A DNA stretch of 64,000 bases from the NCBI GenBank assembly GCA_965232515.1, contig CBDDPY010000002.1, forward strand, positions 3,680,001-3,744,000, in the 5' to 3' direction. Made by a program: the position numbers and the translations under genes. Each line of letters begins with the position of its first letter. Position 1 is the stretch's first letter. Under the pieces are notes generated by a model. That model searched no databases. It was not told where the DNA came from and worked only from the letters and a program-made list of their open reading frames with translations. The stretch comes from Alphaproteobacteria bacterium (GTDB taxonomy: Bacteria > Pseudomonadota > Alphaproteobacteria > GCA-2731375). Of this stretch, positions 39,433-49,087 are shown piece by piece.

Positions 39433-39494
39433 TGACAAACTGACGTTTTCAACATCTTTTGTCAATTTATCATTCCGTCTGCTGTTTTCAACAT
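39433..39494. promoter_or_regulatory. Candidate TetR operator region
   Basis: TGACAAA-N18-TTTGTCA (39433-39464) and direct repeat GTTTTCAACAT (39445, 39484) between divergent iorA and tetR. Confidence 0.55.
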
Positions 39495-39508
39495 GCTAGA
39501 TTGCTGCC

Positions 39509-40141
39509 ATGCTCAAATCGTCAACCGACAAGCGCTCTAAAGTCCTCGAAGCGGCGCAGACCGCGTTCAGCCGCTATGGCTTCAAGCGCACGTCGATGGA
39601 CGATATCGCCAAGCTGGCCGGCATGTCGCGACCGGCGCTGTATTTGTTGTTTCGCAACAAGCAGGACGTGTTCCGATCGCTGTCCGAGCACCTGCAGATC
39701 AACGCGTTGGAAGCCGCGGAAGCGGCGCTCACCACGGACAAACCGTTCGTCGAACGGCTGCACGACGCCATTCTGGTCAAGGAAGAGATGCTGTTTCGGG
39801 TGGTCTCGGAATCGCCCCATGGCGAGGAGCTGTTCGATGCCAACACCGAGATCGCCGGCGACGTCACCGAGCGCACGCTGACACGGTTTCAAAAGTCGCT
39901 CGCCGGCGCCATCCAACATGCGGCGGACAGCCTGGAGATCGATATCGACCGTGTCGGCATGCCGCCGGACCGGCTGGCGGCCCTGCTGCTGGCCGGCATC
40001 CACGGCCTGAAGACACCGCTGCCTGAAGGCCGCGAACTGCGCCGCAAGCTGACTGATCTAGTCAAGTTGTTCGTCGCGGCGCTGACGACATCTGAAGCGA
40101 ACGAACGCCGTATGGCGGCAAGGGAGCGGGTTACGATCTAA
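39509..40141 (+). CDS. TetR/AcrR family regulator
   Basis: FSRYGFKRTSMDDIAKLAGMSRPALYLLFRNK HTH. Confidence 0.9.
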   Translation: MLKSSTDKRSKVLEAAQTAFSRYGFKRTSMDDIAKLAGMSRPALYLLFRNKQDVFRSLSEHLQINALEAAEAALTTDKPFVERLHDAILVKEEMLFRVVSESPHGEELFDANTEIAGDVTERTLTRFQKSLAGAIQHAADSLEIDIDRVGMPPDRLAALLLAGIHGLKTPLPEGRELRRKLTDLVKLFVAALTTSEANERRMAARERVTI

Positions 40142-40191
40142 CCCGCTATTCTCGCCCTCGCGACAGTGTTTCAGGCTGCCGCGCGTCCAGG

Positions 40192-41124
40192 TCAGTCGGC
40201 ACGACGCGCTTGAATCGCGCCGCTGGCAGGCGGCAGTTGTTCGATGAAATCGATGGCCTGGCTTAACGGCGAGTCCGTGTCGCGGAAGGGGGCGGCGAAG
40301 TTCAGGAGGATGCGGATATGGCCAGTGTCGGGTAGCGGCGCGTAGCGGGCCGCGACGCCGCTTGACCGTAGCGCCAGCGCCAGGCTTTGCGAGTTGCTCG
40401 GCCGCACCACTGTGTCCGCCTGCCCATGCAACAGCAGCGCCGGCGGCGCGTCGGAGCGCACGAAGTTGATCGGGCGGGTGTCGAATGGATCGGCGGCACT
40501 GGCGAAGATCGGCCGGGTCGAACGGTAGCGGCGGGGATCGAAGGCGTAGGGACCAGCCAGGCCGATCAGACCTTTGATCGCCGACGCCGGCACCTCGACG
40601 TCGCGCAGATACCGGCGGTCGAGCGCCGGCAGCGCCGCGATATGGGCGCCGGCGGAATGGCCGGCCAGAACGATCCGGTCGGGATTGCCGCCATGCAGGG
40701 CGATCGTGCGATGCACCCAGGCTACGGCGTCGGCGCCATCTTCGACAAAGGCCGGAAACGTGACCTCCGGATAGAGCCGATAGTCGGGAACGACGGTGAC
40801 GTAGCCCTGAGAGGCGAAGGCCTCGCCCATGAAACGATAGTCCTCGCGGTCGCCCCGCTTCCAGCTGCCGCCATAGAAGAATATGACGACGGTCCCGTCG
40901 GTGCTCGGATCGGTCGGCAGATAGAGGTCCAGGCGCTGCCGCTCGGCGTCGCCGAAGGCGATGTCGGTTTCAGTCGCATAGCCGTCCGCCGGCACGCTGG
41001 CGTTCAGTACCGAAAGCGGGGAACAGGCCGCCAACAATGCGGCCACGACGCCCAAGACGGCAAACTGTCTGTATCGGATTAATCGCACCTTGAGCCATAT
41101 GGCGCGCGGCCGCCGGCGGATCAA
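40192..41124 (-). CDS. Alpha/beta hydrolase (carboxylesterase), probable lipoprotein; start uncertain
   Basis: LAAC lipobox, YGGSW, DYRL, GHSAG nucleophile, HG.AD, GH. Confidence 0.85.
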   Translation of the reverse strand: MIRRRPRAIWLKVRLIRYRQFAVLGVVAALLAACSPLSVLNASVPADGYATETDIAFGDAERQRLDLYLPTDPSTDGTVVIFFYGGSWKRGDREDYRFMGEAFASQGYVTVVPDYRLYPEVTFPAFVEDGADAVAWVHRTIALHGGNPDRIVLAGHSAGAHIAALPALDRRYLRDVEVPASAIKGLIGLAGPYAFDPRRYRSTRPIFASAADPFDTRPINFVRSDAPPALLLHGQADTVVRPSNSQSLALALRSSGVAARYAPLPDTGHIRILLNFAAPFRDTDSPLSQAIDFIEQLPPASGAIQARRAD

Positions 41125-41918
41125 GCCGTCGGACGTCCGTCCGGCAAGAGCTGCAGCCAGCCGCGCGTCGGATGACGTGTCTGCGTCACGGACAGATCGA
41201 ACACCGATTTGACGACATCGGGGGTCAAGACCTGCTCGGGCGGTCCGTCATGCACCAAACAACCGGCCTCCAAGACACAGAGCCGGTCGGCATAGATCGC
41301 GGCCAGGTTCAGGTCGTGCAAGATAACGACGACCCCCATGCCGCGCGCGGCAAATCGCCGGGCGGTGGCCAGCGCCGAATGCTGATGCGCAATGTCGAGG
41401 CTGGATGTCGGTTCGTCGAGCAGCAGAAAGCGGTTGCTCTCACTGGCCCCGGCGGGCCAGATCTGCGCCAGAACGCGGGCCATCTGGACGCGCTGCTGCT
41501 CGCCGCCCGACAGCGATGGATAAACCCGGTCCGCCAGATGCGTGACCTCGGTCTCGCGCATGGCCTGGGTGGCAATCTCAAGATCGTCCGCGTGGCTGCT
41601 TGTTCCGGCGTGGGGACTGCGGCCCAGCAGGACCACCTGCAGGGCCCGAAACGGAAACGAGATCGCCGTGCTCTGCGGCAGGACGGCACGGTGCGCGGCC
41701 AGCGCGCGGCGTGGCCAGGCGCCCAGCGGCCGGTCGTCCTGCAATACCTGGCCTTGGCGCGGCGTCAGCTCGCCCGACATCACGCGCATCAGGGTCGATT
41801 TACCCGAACCATTCGGCCCCAGCACCGCGACGACCTCGCCCGGCGCGACGGTGAGTGACACGCCGTTCAGCGCGCGCGTGCGCCCCAGCCTGACCTCGAT
41901 ATTCTCGGCGCGAAGCAT
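41121..41918 (-). CDS. hmuV: Haem ABC transporter ATP-binding protein
   Basis: GPNGSGKS, LSGGEQQRVQMARVLAQ, LLDEPT, HDLN; operon context. Confidence 0.88.
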   Translation of the reverse strand: MLRAENIEVRLGRTRALNGVSLTVAPGEVVAVLGPNGSGKSTLMRVMSGELTPRQGQVLQDDRPLGAWPRRALAAHRAVLPQSTAISFPFRALQVVLLGRSPHAGTSSHADDLEIATQAMRETEVTHLADRVYPSLSGGEQQRVQMARVLAQIWPAGASESNRFLLLDEPTSSLDIAHQHSALATARRFAARGMGVVVILHDLNLAAIYADRLCVLEAGCLVHDGPPEQVLTPDVVKSVFDLSVTQTRHPTRGWLQLLPDGRPTA

Positions 41919-43009
41919 CACCAACCACCGATCCTGCGGCCGCGCAGCAGAAGCCAGAGGAAAAACGGGCCGCCGACAAACGCCGTCAACACACCGATCG
42001 GCAGTTCCGACGGCAGCACGACGGTTCGGGCGAACACATCTGCGATCAACATCAGCGCCGCGCCGAGCAGAACCGCGCCCGGCAGCAAGGTGCGGTGGTC
42101 CGGGCCGATCGACAGTCGAATCAGATGCGGCACCACCAGCCCGACAAAACCGATGACGCCGGTCAGGGACACCGACGCGCCGGCCGTCAGCGCGGCGAGA
42201 ACGACAATAATGCGTTTCGTCCGCTCGACATCGAATCCGAGATGAAAGGCCTGGCCCTCGCCCAGCAGCAATGCGTTTAGCCGCTGCCAAAGCAGCGGCA
42301 GGATCAGAACCGGCACGCCAATCAGCGGCAGCGCCGGCAGCAACGTCGACCAGGTCACGCCGCCAAGGCTGCCGAGGAGCCAGAAGTTCAGGTCGCGGAG
42401 CTGCTGATCCGTGCTGATGAACACCATCAAACCGATGCCAGCACTCGCGACCGCGTTCAACGCCACGCCGGCCAGCAGCATGGTCGCCACATCGACCTGA
42501 CCGTCACGGCTGGCAATGCGATAGACCAGCAGGGTCACGAGCAATCCGCCCGTGAAGGCGGCGACCGGCAGCAGATATGGCCGAAGTTCCAACGGCAAAA
42601 AGGCCGCCAACGTCCCACCGAGAACGATCGTCGCCACCGCGGCCAGTGCCGCGCCGCTGGAAACGCCGATCAACGCCGGATCGGCAAGCGGATTGCGAAA
42701 GAGTCCTTGCAGGACGGCGCCCGAAACGGCGAGCGCGGCGCCGGTCACCAGACCCAGAATCATCCGCGGCAGGCGGATCGACAGCAGAACGGTTTCTTCG
42801 CGCTGACCGAATTCCCAGGGCAACGCGATTCCCATCTCGTGCGCCAGGATCGCCAGTATCTGACCCGGCGAGACGGAAACGGCGCCGTGGGAAATCGAGA
42901 CCAGGACGACGAAGCCCAGCAACCCCGTCAAGGCGCAAAGAAACATCGCTCCACGCCGTTGGCGTCGGCGCGCGACAACGGCGATGTCGGGCGAGACAGC
43001 CGAATTCAT
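41918..43009 (-). CDS. hmuU: Haem ABC transporter permease (FecCD family)
   Basis: IRLPR, QGLFRNPLADP, GVIGFVGLVVPH, ELPIG. Confidence 0.88.
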   Translation of the reverse strand: MNSAVSPDIAVVARRRQRRGAMFLCALTGLLGFVVLVSISHGAVSVSPGQILAILAHEMGIALPWEFGQREETVLLSIRLPRMILGLVTGAALAVSGAVLQGLFRNPLADPALIGVSSGAALAAVATIVLGGTLAAFLPLELRPYLLPVAAFTGGLLVTLLVYRIASRDGQVDVATMLLAGVALNAVASAGIGLMVFISTDQQLRDLNFWLLGSLGGVTWSTLLPALPLIGVPVLILPLLWQRLNALLLGEGQAFHLGFDVERTKRIIVVLAALTAGASVSLTGVIGFVGLVVPHLIRLSIGPDHRTLLPGAVLLGAALMLIADVFARTVVLPSELPIGVLTAFVGGPFFLWLLLRGRRIGGW

Positions 43010-43030
43010 CAGACTGAATCGATTACTCGC

Positions 43031-43957
43031 CTACTCTGACTTGACGGTCGGCAGCACGAGATTGGGATGCAGTTCGGCGGCCAACGTCCGCACCGCCTGG
43101 CCCGTACGAGGCCCGAAGCCCAACAGCAACAAACCATCGATCGCAACCACCCGACCTTGTTGCGCCGCGGGCGTGAGAGAGATCTCGGGCAGGCCAAGCA
43201 GTCCAGCCTTGCCGCCCAAGAGCTCTAGCGTTCGGTTGGTCACCAGCAAGACATCGGGCGCCGCCAATACAGCCGCTTCCGGCGACAGCGGCTTGAAACT
43301 TTCGAACGCGTCGACCGCATTGATGCCGCCAGCCAGGCGGATGATGCCGTCCGCCGATGTGTCTCGTCCGCCAGCCAGCGGCGCGCCACCCTGGCCGATC
43401 GACAGCAGGAACAGCACCTTCGGACGTTCGCCGACGCTGCCGACGGCATCGCTCAGCCGATTGAAGTCGGCGCGCAGTGTCGCCGTGACGGCACGGCCCC
43501 GTTCGGCGACGCCGAGGGCCGCGGCAATCAGCTCGATCTTCCTCAGGACGCCGTCATAGCTCGGATCGTCCGGCACCAGAACGACGGGCACGCCGGATTC
43601 GCGGAGTTGGTTCAACGCCGTCTCCGGTCCCGCATCCTCGACCGCCAACACGACCGACGGCGCCAGCCCCAGGATCGGCTCGGCCGAAAGCCGGCGCATA
43701 TAGCCGACATCCGGCTTCTCAGCGACGGCGCGGGGAAATTGGCTCGTCGAATCGACGGCGACCACGTTGTCGGCAAACCCCAGCGCGAAGACGACTTCCG
43801 TCACCGCGCCGCCGACGGACACGATCCGTCCGGTATCGCGCACCGTGACGCTGGCGCCGGTGGCGTCGACCACCGTGGTTTCGGCAACCGCGATGACCGC
43901 GCCCGCCGGCAACAGCAACGCGATCAATGCAATCCGACGCAACGATCTCCGAAGCAT
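43031..43957 (-). CDS. hmuT: Haem ABC transporter substrate-binding protein
   Basis: IVSVGGAVTE, VDSTS, VGYMRRLSAE (haem-ligating Tyr), GFGPR. Confidence 0.88.
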   Translation of the reverse strand: MLRRSLRRIALIALLLPAGAVIAVAETTVVDATGASVTVRDTGRIVSVGGAVTEVVFALGFADNVVAVDSTSQFPRAVAEKPDVGYMRRLSAEPILGLAPSVVLAVEDAGPETALNQLRESGVPVVLVPDDPSYDGVLRKIELIAAALGVAERGRAVTATLRADFNRLSDAVGSVGERPKVLFLLSIGQGGAPLAGGRDTSADGIIRLAGGINAVDAFESFKPLSPEAAVLAAPDVLLVTNRTLELLGGKAGLLGLPEISLTPAAQQGRVVAIDGLLLLGFGPRTGQAVRTLAAELHPNLVLPTVKSE

Positions 43958-43967
43958 TCTCGATCCC

Positions 43968-46109
43968 TCACCATTTGAATGCGTAAGTGACCAGCGCCTT
44001 GTAGTTGCGGCCGGCCTCGAACGCGTTGGTATTGACGCGCGCATATTTCTTGTCGAAGACGTTGTCGACGCCGACATCCAGCCGGAATCCTTCGAGCAGG
44101 CCGTCGCTTGGCGCCCAGGCGGCATAGATGTCGTTGGTGGCGTAGCCGTCGCGCGCCTCGTCCGGGTTGTTGACTTCCTCGAATTCCTTGGCGGCGATGA
44201 TGCGCCAGCCGACGATGGAATCGAACTCCGGCAGCTTCAGCGCGGCATTGACCGTCAGCTTGGTCGGCGTCAGGGTGCCGAGCTTGACGCCGGTCTCGTC
44301 GTTCTCGCCGTCCAGCTTCGTATAGCCAAGCGTGAACAGATAGCGGTTGCTTTCGTAGGACGCCTCGATCTCGGTGCCGAACAGCCGCGCTACCGGCACG
44401 TTGGACGTCGTCGTCGTCCCGTCGCAGTCCCCGGGAATTGCCACGGTGCATTCAAAAGGATTGAACGGGTTCGGCTGGGTGACGACCTGATCGATGAAAT
44501 CCTTGCCCTTGGTGCGGTAATAGGAACCCTTGATCTGGAACTGGTCGCCGGCACGGGCCACGCTATTGAAGGTCAGACCGGCGCCAACCTCGACCGTGCG
44601 CGTGCGCTGCGGATCGAGATCGGCATTGGGAACGAAACGGTTGACGACCGTGGGCAAGCCGGTGATCGGGATCTGGAAGTGCGTGCCGGTCAGAAACAGT
44701 TCGTCGAACGTCGGCGCCCGGAACGCCTCGGCGTAATTGGCGAACAGCAGCAGAAAATCCGTTGGCAGATAGCTGATGCCGAACCGCGGCGAGATTTCCT
44801 CCTCGTCGGTGTTTTCGGCAATGTCGCTGGTCAGCTCGTAATTGTCGTAGCGAATGCCGGGGATCAGCAACAGATCGCCCGGCAGAATGCCCAGGGGCTC
44901 GGCGATGGCGATCTCGGCCTGGGCGAACAGGCCATAGGTGTCGGCATCGGCATCCGGCACGCCGTCGCGCTCGCCCGCGCCGGCGGCGCCGTCCTGGTCG
45001 TCGAGGTAAAACTCGCCGCCATAGGTGAAGGTGGTGCCGATACTGTCGGTCAGCATGAACCGCGACCGGTTGTCGAGACGGAAACCGATCGTATCGACGT
45101 CGCGCTTCAGCAGTTCGCCGGTCGGGCCGACACCGCCCTCGTCGAGACGCAGCTCGTCGACCTGGAAATCCGTGTAATAGGCGACGAGGTCCAGATCGAT
45201 CAGGTTATTGTTTGGGTTCTTATAGCTGTAGGCCGCGCGGAAGGTATCGTTCTCGATGTCCTTTTCGACGGCGCCGCCACTGCCCAAACCCTGGCCGTTG
45301 TTCGGTTCCTCGGCGTCGTTGTCGAAGCGCAGGAACGAGCCCTCGACCCGGTGAAAGCCGCCGAACTCATAGCTGCCCTTCAACAGACCGCTGATGATAT
45401 CGTCGTCCGAGTTGGTCAGCTTGGTGTCGTTGCCCAGCTCGATGGAGCCGGAATCGCGTTTGGTCACGCTGCCGACCAGGTCCAGGCCATCGATCGTCGT
45501 GCCGTAGCCGGTCACTGTGCCGACGCGCTCGCGGTTGACCGTCTGATAGCCGCCCGACAGCGACAGGCCGGCTGTCTCGCCCGGCGCCAGGAAGTCCGAT
45601 GCGTCGATGGTGCGGAATTCGATCACGCCGCCGGTGCCGCCACTGCCATAGAGTGCCGATGCCGGCCCGCGCAGCACCTCGACCTGTTTCAGCAGGCTGG
45701 GATCGACAAAGAAGCGACCATCGTGGGCCGAGCCGAAGTTCTGCCGAGCGCCATCGAGCAGGATTACGACATCGGGGCCATCGAAGCCGCGGACGGTCGG
45801 CGTCTCGCCGGAGCGTCGCGGGCCGCCGCTGAACTCGACGCCGGGCACGAAGCGCAGAATGTCGTCGACCGACGACGGCTGCAGCGTGCGGATCGCCTCA
45901 CGCCCCGTCACCGTCACCATGCCCGGATATTCGAACGCCTTGATCGGGTTCCGGGTCGCCGTCACCGATATGGTGTCGAGGATCATCTGCTCGCCGGTGC
46001 CGGCGGCCGCGCCGGCATCGGCGTCCGTCGATGTCTGCGCCGACGCCGCCTTGGCGGCGGCAACGGCGGCCAGGATGCAGATCGGCATTCGCCAGGATTT
46101 GCCAGCCAT
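43968..46109 (-). CDS. hmuR: TonB-dependent haem/haemoprotein receptor
   Basis: DTISVTAT TonB box, LRGPASALYGSG plug motif, FRAP..H..NADL haem receptor motif, terminal aromatic residue. Confidence 0.88.
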   Translation of the reverse strand: MAGKSWRMPICILAAVAAAKAASAQTSTDADAGAAAGTGEQMILDTISVTATRNPIKAFEYPGMVTVTGREAIRTLQPSSVDDILRFVPGVEFSGGPRRSGETPTVRGFDGPDVVILLDGARQNFGSAHDGRFFVDPSLLKQVEVLRGPASALYGSGGTGGVIEFRTIDASDFLAPGETAGLSLSGGYQTVNRERVGTVTGYGTTIDGLDLVGSVTKRDSGSIELGNDTKLTNSDDDIISGLLKGSYEFGGFHRVEGSFLRFDNDAEEPNNGQGLGSGGAVEKDIENDTFRAAYSYKNPNNNLIDLDLVAYYTDFQVDELRLDEGGVGPTGELLKRDVDTIGFRLDNRSRFMLTDSIGTTFTYGGEFYLDDQDGAAGAGERDGVPDADADTYGLFAQAEIAIAEPLGILPGDLLLIPGIRYDNYELTSDIAENTDEEEISPRFGISYLPTDFLLLFANYAEAFRAPTFDELFLTGTHFQIPITGLPTVVNRFVPNADLDPQRTRTVEVGAGLTFNSVARAGDQFQIKGSYYRTKGKDFIDQVVTQPNPFNPFECTVAIPGDCDGTTTTSNVPVARLFGTEIEASYESNRYLFTLGYTKLDGENDETGVKLGTLTPTKLTVNAALKLPEFDSIVGWRIIAAKEFEEVNNPDEARDGYATNDIYAAWAPSDGLLEGFRLDVGVDNVFDKKYARVNTNAFEAGRNYKALVTYAFKW

Positions 46110-46228
46110 TTTCTAAGACCTCTCCAGCTGTTGACGCGTGGTCCGGGCTGGCTGCGGCAGGCGCTGGGCCTGGATGGCTGGCTGGGACTCATTTTCTTAT
46201 CGAATTCGGGTGCCCGTGGGCGGTGCGG

Positions 46229-46447
46229 CTATTTCGTCAGAATGAGCTTGCCGTTGCTGGTGCAACGCAGACGATAGGCTTCGCCGTTGTGGTCGATGAC
46301 CACTTCGTTCGCGCCCGCCAAAAGTTCGGCGCTGTTCAGAACCCGAAGATCGGCGGCATGCGTTTGTGCGCGCGACGCCTCGAGCACGGTGGCGGACCCC
46401 CGTTTGATAGGGCGGCCGCCCATTCGCACCCGTCCGTCCAATTTCAT
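46229..46447 (-). CDS. hemP: Haemin uptake regulator HemP/HmuP
   Basis: HNGEAYRLRCTSNGKLILTK C-terminal signature. Confidence 0.85.
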   Translation of the reverse strand: MKLDGRVRMGGRPIKRGSATVLEASRAQTHAADLRVLNSAELLAGANEVVIDHNGEAYRLRCTSNGKLILTK

Positions 46448-46487
46448 TCGTTACACCGTCACTCGCATTCGTTGGATTATTTGTAGC

Positions 46488-46530
46488 GCGAATGACTCGC
46501 ATTATCAACGCAGTTGAGACGCATTCGCAT
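46488..46530. promoter_or_regulatory. Fur-box-like sites upstream of hemP
   Basis: GCGAATGACTCGCATTATC (46488-46506) matches GATAATGATAATCATTATC at 13/19; second weaker site TTGAGACGCATTCGCAT nearby. Confidence 0.55.
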
Positions 46531-46803
46531 GTCAGCTGGTTGCAAGTCGCGGTACTGCTCGATTGGAAGGCCGCAATCTCAGTCGAACGGTGCGGTTTGG
46601 AGCCAGGGATCGCCAGTCGTGAATTCAGTTTCCGTTGGTCAAGGCGGTGGCGCAGATTCAGCATTGCGATTGCGATGCAATTTCAATACTTAGATAGTCA
46701 GCAACCCGGCGCTCCTGGCAGGGGGTCGTCAGATGTTGAACCTGGGATTGGCGGCGGCACGTGCCGCCGTCGGCGTAACGCCATAACGAACGAGGTGTCG
46801 AAC

Positions 46804-47112
46804 ATGTTCATCGCCATGAACCGGTTTCGCGTGCAGCGCGGCCATGAAGAGGATTTCGAGCAGGTCTGGAAGCAGCGCGACACCCATCTGAACACGGTGC
46901 CCGGTTTCAAGGAGTTCCACCTCCTGAAGGGCCCGGAGGAAGATGATCACACGCTCTATGCCTCGCACACGGTCTGGGCCTCGAAAGCGCATTTCGAGGA
47001 CTGGACGAAGTCGGACGCGTTCCGCAAGGCCCACCAGGATGCCGGCACCCGCAAAAACCTCTATCTCGGCCACCCGAACTTCGAGGGCTTCGAGGTCGTG
47101 CAGGCGCTCTGA
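46804..47112 (+). CDS. IsdG/HmuQ-type haem-degrading monooxygenase (ABM family)
   Basis: MFIAMNRF, W....F..WTKSDAFRKAH; GAGG RBS; divergent from hmu operon. Confidence 0.85.
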   Translation: MFIAMNRFRVQRGHEEDFEQVWKQRDTHLNTVPGFKEFHLLKGPEEDDHTLYASHTVWASKAHFEDWTKSDAFRKAHQDAGTRKNLYLGHPNFEGFEVVQAL

Positions 47113-47129
47113 TCGCCGCCGGCGCGTAA

Positions 47130-48119
47130 TTATTCCGCCAGGTGGCAGGCGGCGCCCTGCGCCGCGGCGAGCGGCCGGAATTCGGGCACCTCCTGACGGC
47201 AGCGGTCGACGGCGAGCGGGCAGCGCGGGTGGAACCGGCAGCCCGGCGGCGGGTTCAGCGGCGAGGGGATCTCGCCGGTGATCGGCCGAAACTCGACCAG
47301 GGCCGAGTCCTCGAGCACCAGCCGGGGCACGCTGTCGAGCAGCGCCCGCGTATAGGGGTGCTTCGGCTGGCCGTAGACGGTTTCCGCATCGCCGAGCTCG
47401 ACCAGTTTGCCGAGATACATGATCGCGACCCGGTCGGAGACGTGCCGCACGACGCCGAGGTCGTGCGAGATGAACAGACAGGTGATCGACAGCTCGCGCC
47501 GCAGCTTAAGAAATAGATTGATGATCTGCGCCTGGATCGAGACGTCGAGCGAGGCCACGGGCTCGTCGCAGATCAGTACGTCGGGCTGCATGGCCAGCGC
47601 CCGGGCGATGGCGATGCGCTGGCGCTGTCCGCCCGAGAACTGGTGCGGATAGCGGTTGGCGAAACCCGGCTCCAGGCCGACGCGTTCGAGCCAGTCGGCG
47701 ACATACGCACGCGCGTCGGCGCGGTCGACCAGGCCATGCGCCACGGCGCCCTCGGCAACGGTGTCGCCCACGGGCATGCGCGGATCGAGCGAGGCGAAGG
47801 GGTCCTGGAATACGGTCTGGATGCGGGTCGTCGCCTTGCGGCCGTCGATCATGACGGGCGCGCCGTCGAGCGATACCCGGCCCGCGGTCGGCGGCAGGAT
47901 GCCAGCGGCGACGCGGCCGAGCGTCGACTTGCCGCAACCGGATTCACCGACCAGCCCCACCGTCTCGCCGCGCGCGATGTCGAGCGAGACGCTGTCCACG
48001 GCCTGCACGGCGCGGGTCTCGACACTGCCGCCAAGCTTGGCCGCGATCCGGTCGCCGAGCGACAGATGCGGCGCGAAGCGCTTGGAAACGTTGTCGATCG
48101 TCAGGAATCCATCGATCAC
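47130..48119 (-). CDS. Dpp/Opp-type ABC transporter ATP-binding protein (F-type)
   Basis: [28 protein letters not shown]; GTGA overlap. Confidence 0.9.
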   Translation of the reverse strand: MIDGFLTIDNVSKRFAPHLSLGDRIAAKLGGSVETRAVQAVDSVSLDIARGETVGLVGESGCGKSTLGRVAAGILPPTAGRVSLDGAPVMIDGRKATTRIQTVFQDPFASLDPRMPVGDTVAEGAVAHGLVDRADARAYVADWLERVGLEPGFANRYPHQFSGGQRQRIAIARALAMQPDVLICDEPVASLDVSIQAQIINLFLKLRRELSITCLFISHDLGVVRHVSDRVAIMYLGKLVELGDAETVYGQPKHPYTRALLDSVPRLVLEDSALVEFRPITGEIPSPLNPPPGCRFHPRCPLAVDRCRQEVPEFRPLAAAQGAACHLAE

Positions 48120-49087
48120 GCGGCGGCTCCCTGAGGATGGTGACAGCGGAAGCCGCGATCGACCGTGTCGGTCCAGACGGGATCGCCGCGGCATTCATCG
48201 TCTGCGAATTGACAACGCGGCGCGAATGGACAGCCCGGCGGCAGGTCGAGCAGAGACGGCGTCGAGCCCGGCACCTGCGACAGCTCTTGTCCCGGCCGCG
48301 CGGTCGCCGGCATCGAATTGAGCAAGCCCTTGGTGTAAGGGTGGCGTGGATCGCGCAGCACCGTCGCCGTCGGGCCGGTCTCGACGACGCGGCCGGCATA
48401 CATCACCAGCAGGCGCTCGGCGAGGCTGGACACAGTGGCGAGGTCGTGGCTGATCCAGATCAGCGCCGTGCCGCTGTCACGCGCCAGCGCCTTGATCTCA
48501 TACAGAATCTGCGCCTGGATCGAGACGTCGAGCGCCGTCGTCGGCTCATCGGCGACGATCACCGCCGGCCGGTGCAGCAGCGCAATGGCGATGGCCACGC
48601 GCTGCCGCATACCGCCGGAGAACTGGTGCGGATAGGCGTCAAGCCGTGCGGCCGCATCCGGAATGCCGACCTGGGACAGGACTTCCGCCGCCCGCGCCCG
48701 CGCCGCCGACTTGGAGACGGCGTCGTGGGCGCGCACGGCCAGCGCCATCTGCAGCCCGATCGTCAGCACCGGGTTCAACGTCATCATCGGGTCCTGGAAG
48801 ACCATCGACATCTGCCGGCCGCGCACATCCCGCAGGTCGGCCGACGACATGCCGACCAGCTCCGCGCCGTCGAGGCGGATCGAGCCGCCGACGATGCGGC
48901 CCGGGGGTTCGACGAGGCCCAGCAACGAGAAACCGGTGACCGTCTTGCCCGACCCGGACTCGCCGACCAGGCCGATGATCTGGCCGCGCGACAATTCGAA
49001 CGAGACGCCGTCGACGGCCTTCACAACGCCGGCGCGGGTGAAAAAGTGCGTCTTCAGGTCCTGGACGGCCAGCAGCGGCGCGGTCAT
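48116..49087 (-). CDS. Dpp/Opp-type ABC transporter ATP-binding protein (D-type)
   Basis: [28 protein letters not shown]. Confidence 0.9.
   Translation of the reverse strand: MTAPLLAVQDLKTHFFTRAGVVKAVDGVSFELSRGQIIGLVGESGSGKTVTGFSLLGLVEPPGRIVGGSIRLDGAELVGMSSADLRDVRGRQMSMVFQDPMMTLNPVLTIGLQMALAVRAHDAVSKSAARARAAEVLSQVGIPDAAARLDAYPHQFSGGMRQRVAIAIALLHRPAVIVADEPTTALDVSIQAQILYEIKALARDSGTALIWISHDLATVSSLAERLLVMYAGRVVETGPTATVLRDPRHPYTKGLLNSMPATARPGQELSQVPGSTPSLLDLPPGCPFAPRCQFADDECRGDPVWTDTVDRGFRCHHPQGAAA

Noticed and set aside
46530-46800. Possible sRNA or riboswitch in the hemP-monooxygenase intergenic region
   Set aside because: Only a short hairpin (GGCGGCACGTGCCGCC) and Fur-like AT tracts; no recognisable RNA family motif or terminator
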